A stretch of DNA of 64,000 nucleotides. Source: Desulfobacteraceae bacterium (lineage in GTDB: Bacteria; Desulfobacterota; Desulfobacteria; Desulfobacterales; UBA5616). Location of the stretch: positions 4,779-68,778 of the forward strand of contig VMSV01000023.1 in NCBI GenBank assembly GCA_013791935.1, given 5' to 3'. Position 1 is the first letter of the stretch. Every line of letters starts with the position of its first letter. The position numbers were made by a program, and so were the translations under genes. This document shows, piece after piece, positions 63,246 to 64,000 of this stretch. Under the pieces are notes generated by a model. That model did not search any database. It was given only the letters and a program-made list of their open reading frames with translations, and had not been told where the DNA came from.

Positions 63246-64000
63246 CTATTTTTTCAGATCCTTGAGAAGCCTTTCCAGGGATGTGAGGGCTTCCGAGAAA
63301 CCACTTCCCATATTTGAAGCCAGGGTGACAAATCCAAGCCTTTCTTTTTCAAGTCCCATTTCTTCCATCATTCTGTGCAGATCGTCCACCCGCCATTTTG
63401 CGTAGGTGTTTCCCCTTTCGGATTTGCAGTTGCCCGAGTGGCAGGCCATGACCAGAACACCATCGGCACCTTCCACAAAAGCATTCATCATGTAGTCCAG
63501 ATCCACTTTCCCCGCGCAGGGAACCTTGACCATCTGGAGATTGCCGGGTTTGGGCATATTGAAGGCTTCGGCCATTATGCCCGCTTCATGGGCGGAGTTC
63601 TGGCAGCAGAAGGCTACAATCTTGGGCTGATCCGGAGCTTCGGCCTTTCCGTTTTTCAAGGCATCCTGGATTTCGGTATCCTGGAACCCACCGATCTGAA
63701 TGGCATTCATGGGGCATTCACTGGCGCAGATGCCGCATCCCTGGCAGGCCATTTGGCAAATCACGGGTTTGTTGCTTTGATCCCAGAGAATAGCGCCATG
63801 GGGGCAGCACCGGTAACAGGTGAGGCAGAAGGTACACTTTCCGGTATCCAGAACCGCCTTGTTGACTTGAACCATGGCTTTTCCGTTTTTCAAAAAGCGT
63901 TTTAATTCCAGAACAGCGTTTTCCACATCCATCAGGGCCGAGGCCATCCCCTGAATATTCCTTGCGCCGCCCACCAGCAAAACCCCTTCCCGGTTGGATC
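63246..64000 (-). CDS. C-terminal part of a second HdrA-like protein: 2x[4Fe-4S] ferredoxin domain fused to an MvhD-like domain; 5' part lies beyond the window
   Basis: CTFCLTCYRCCP / CQGCGICASECP, then IVAFCCQNSAHEAG...VKVPCAGKVD...ACHSGNCKS. The ORF is open to the window end. Confidence 0.8.
   Translation of the reverse strand, partial: SNREGVLLVGGARNIQGMASALMDVENAVLELKRFLKNGKAMVQVNKAVLDTGKCTFCLTCYRCCPHGAILWDQSNKPVICQMACQGCGICASECPMNAIQIGGFQDTEIQDALKNGKAEAPDQPKIVAFCCQNSAHEAGIMAEAFNMPKPGNLQMVKVPCAGKVDLDYMMNAFVEGADGVLVMACHSGNCKSERGNTYAKWRVDDLHRMMEEMGLEKERLGFVTLASNMGSGFSEALTSLERLLKDLKK

Noticed and set aside
1-64000. CRISPR arrays, tRNA/rRNA genes, transposases/integrases, and prophage or conjugative genes.
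   Set aside because: I saw no spaced direct-repeat arrays, no cloverleaf-like or rRNA-like segments in the short intergenic regions, and no ORF with transposase, integrase or phage motifs. This was visual inspection only, with no covariance search.

Overview
This 64-kb window is about 50% GC and gene-dense, with about 60 CDS. I saw no rRNA, tRNA, CRISPR array or transposase. The gene content includes Sec-containing HdrA and MvhD next to MetV/MetF, many sigma-54/NtrC and PAS histidine-kinase genes, and DCCP / 2-hydroxyacyl-CoA-dehydratase-type reductases. This suggests a strictly anaerobic Desulfobacterota (Desulfobacteraceae-like) chromosome, but the taxonomy is inference. Blocks: (i) 1-10.7 kb holds a C-S lyase, YjdF, a REC-HK-REC triad plus an SLC13/TrkA-C transporter behind a sigma-54-like promoter, and an NtrC-type activator with a Cache/PAS kinase. 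(ii) 11-26 kb is an envelope-uptake island. It contains two TonB-dependent receptors, TonB-ExbB-ExbD with an embedded 601-aa DxDxDG-repeat protein, a NitT/TauT-type ABC importer, and two DCCP-like reductases with one ATPase activator. One receptor and the binding protein of this island each carry one in-frame UGA. (iii) 26.4-35.8 kb holds yeiP and an FmdE + BtuFCD-like ABC + methyltransferase + TonB-receptor operon, followed by a decayed segmental duplicate of part of that operon beside an AbiEii/antitoxin remnant. (iv) 35.8-49 kb holds two hybrid kinases, a frameshifted carboxylesterase, small secreted and hypothetical proteins, and housekeeping genes. (v) 49.3-57.7 kb holds TetR, a MetF-like gene, a giant Sec-HdrA (HdrL-like), Sec-MvhD, MetV and MetF. 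(vi) 57.7-64 kb holds a REC protein, aroE, two kinases, Usp and a second, partial HdrA/MvhD fusion. The most unusual observations are the two in-frame UGAs in envelope transport proteins of a demonstrably Sec-decoding organism, the DCCP/TonB/ABC association, the Ca-binding-type repeat protein inside the TonB operon, and a perfect 23-bp inverted repeat between the permease and binding-protein genes.
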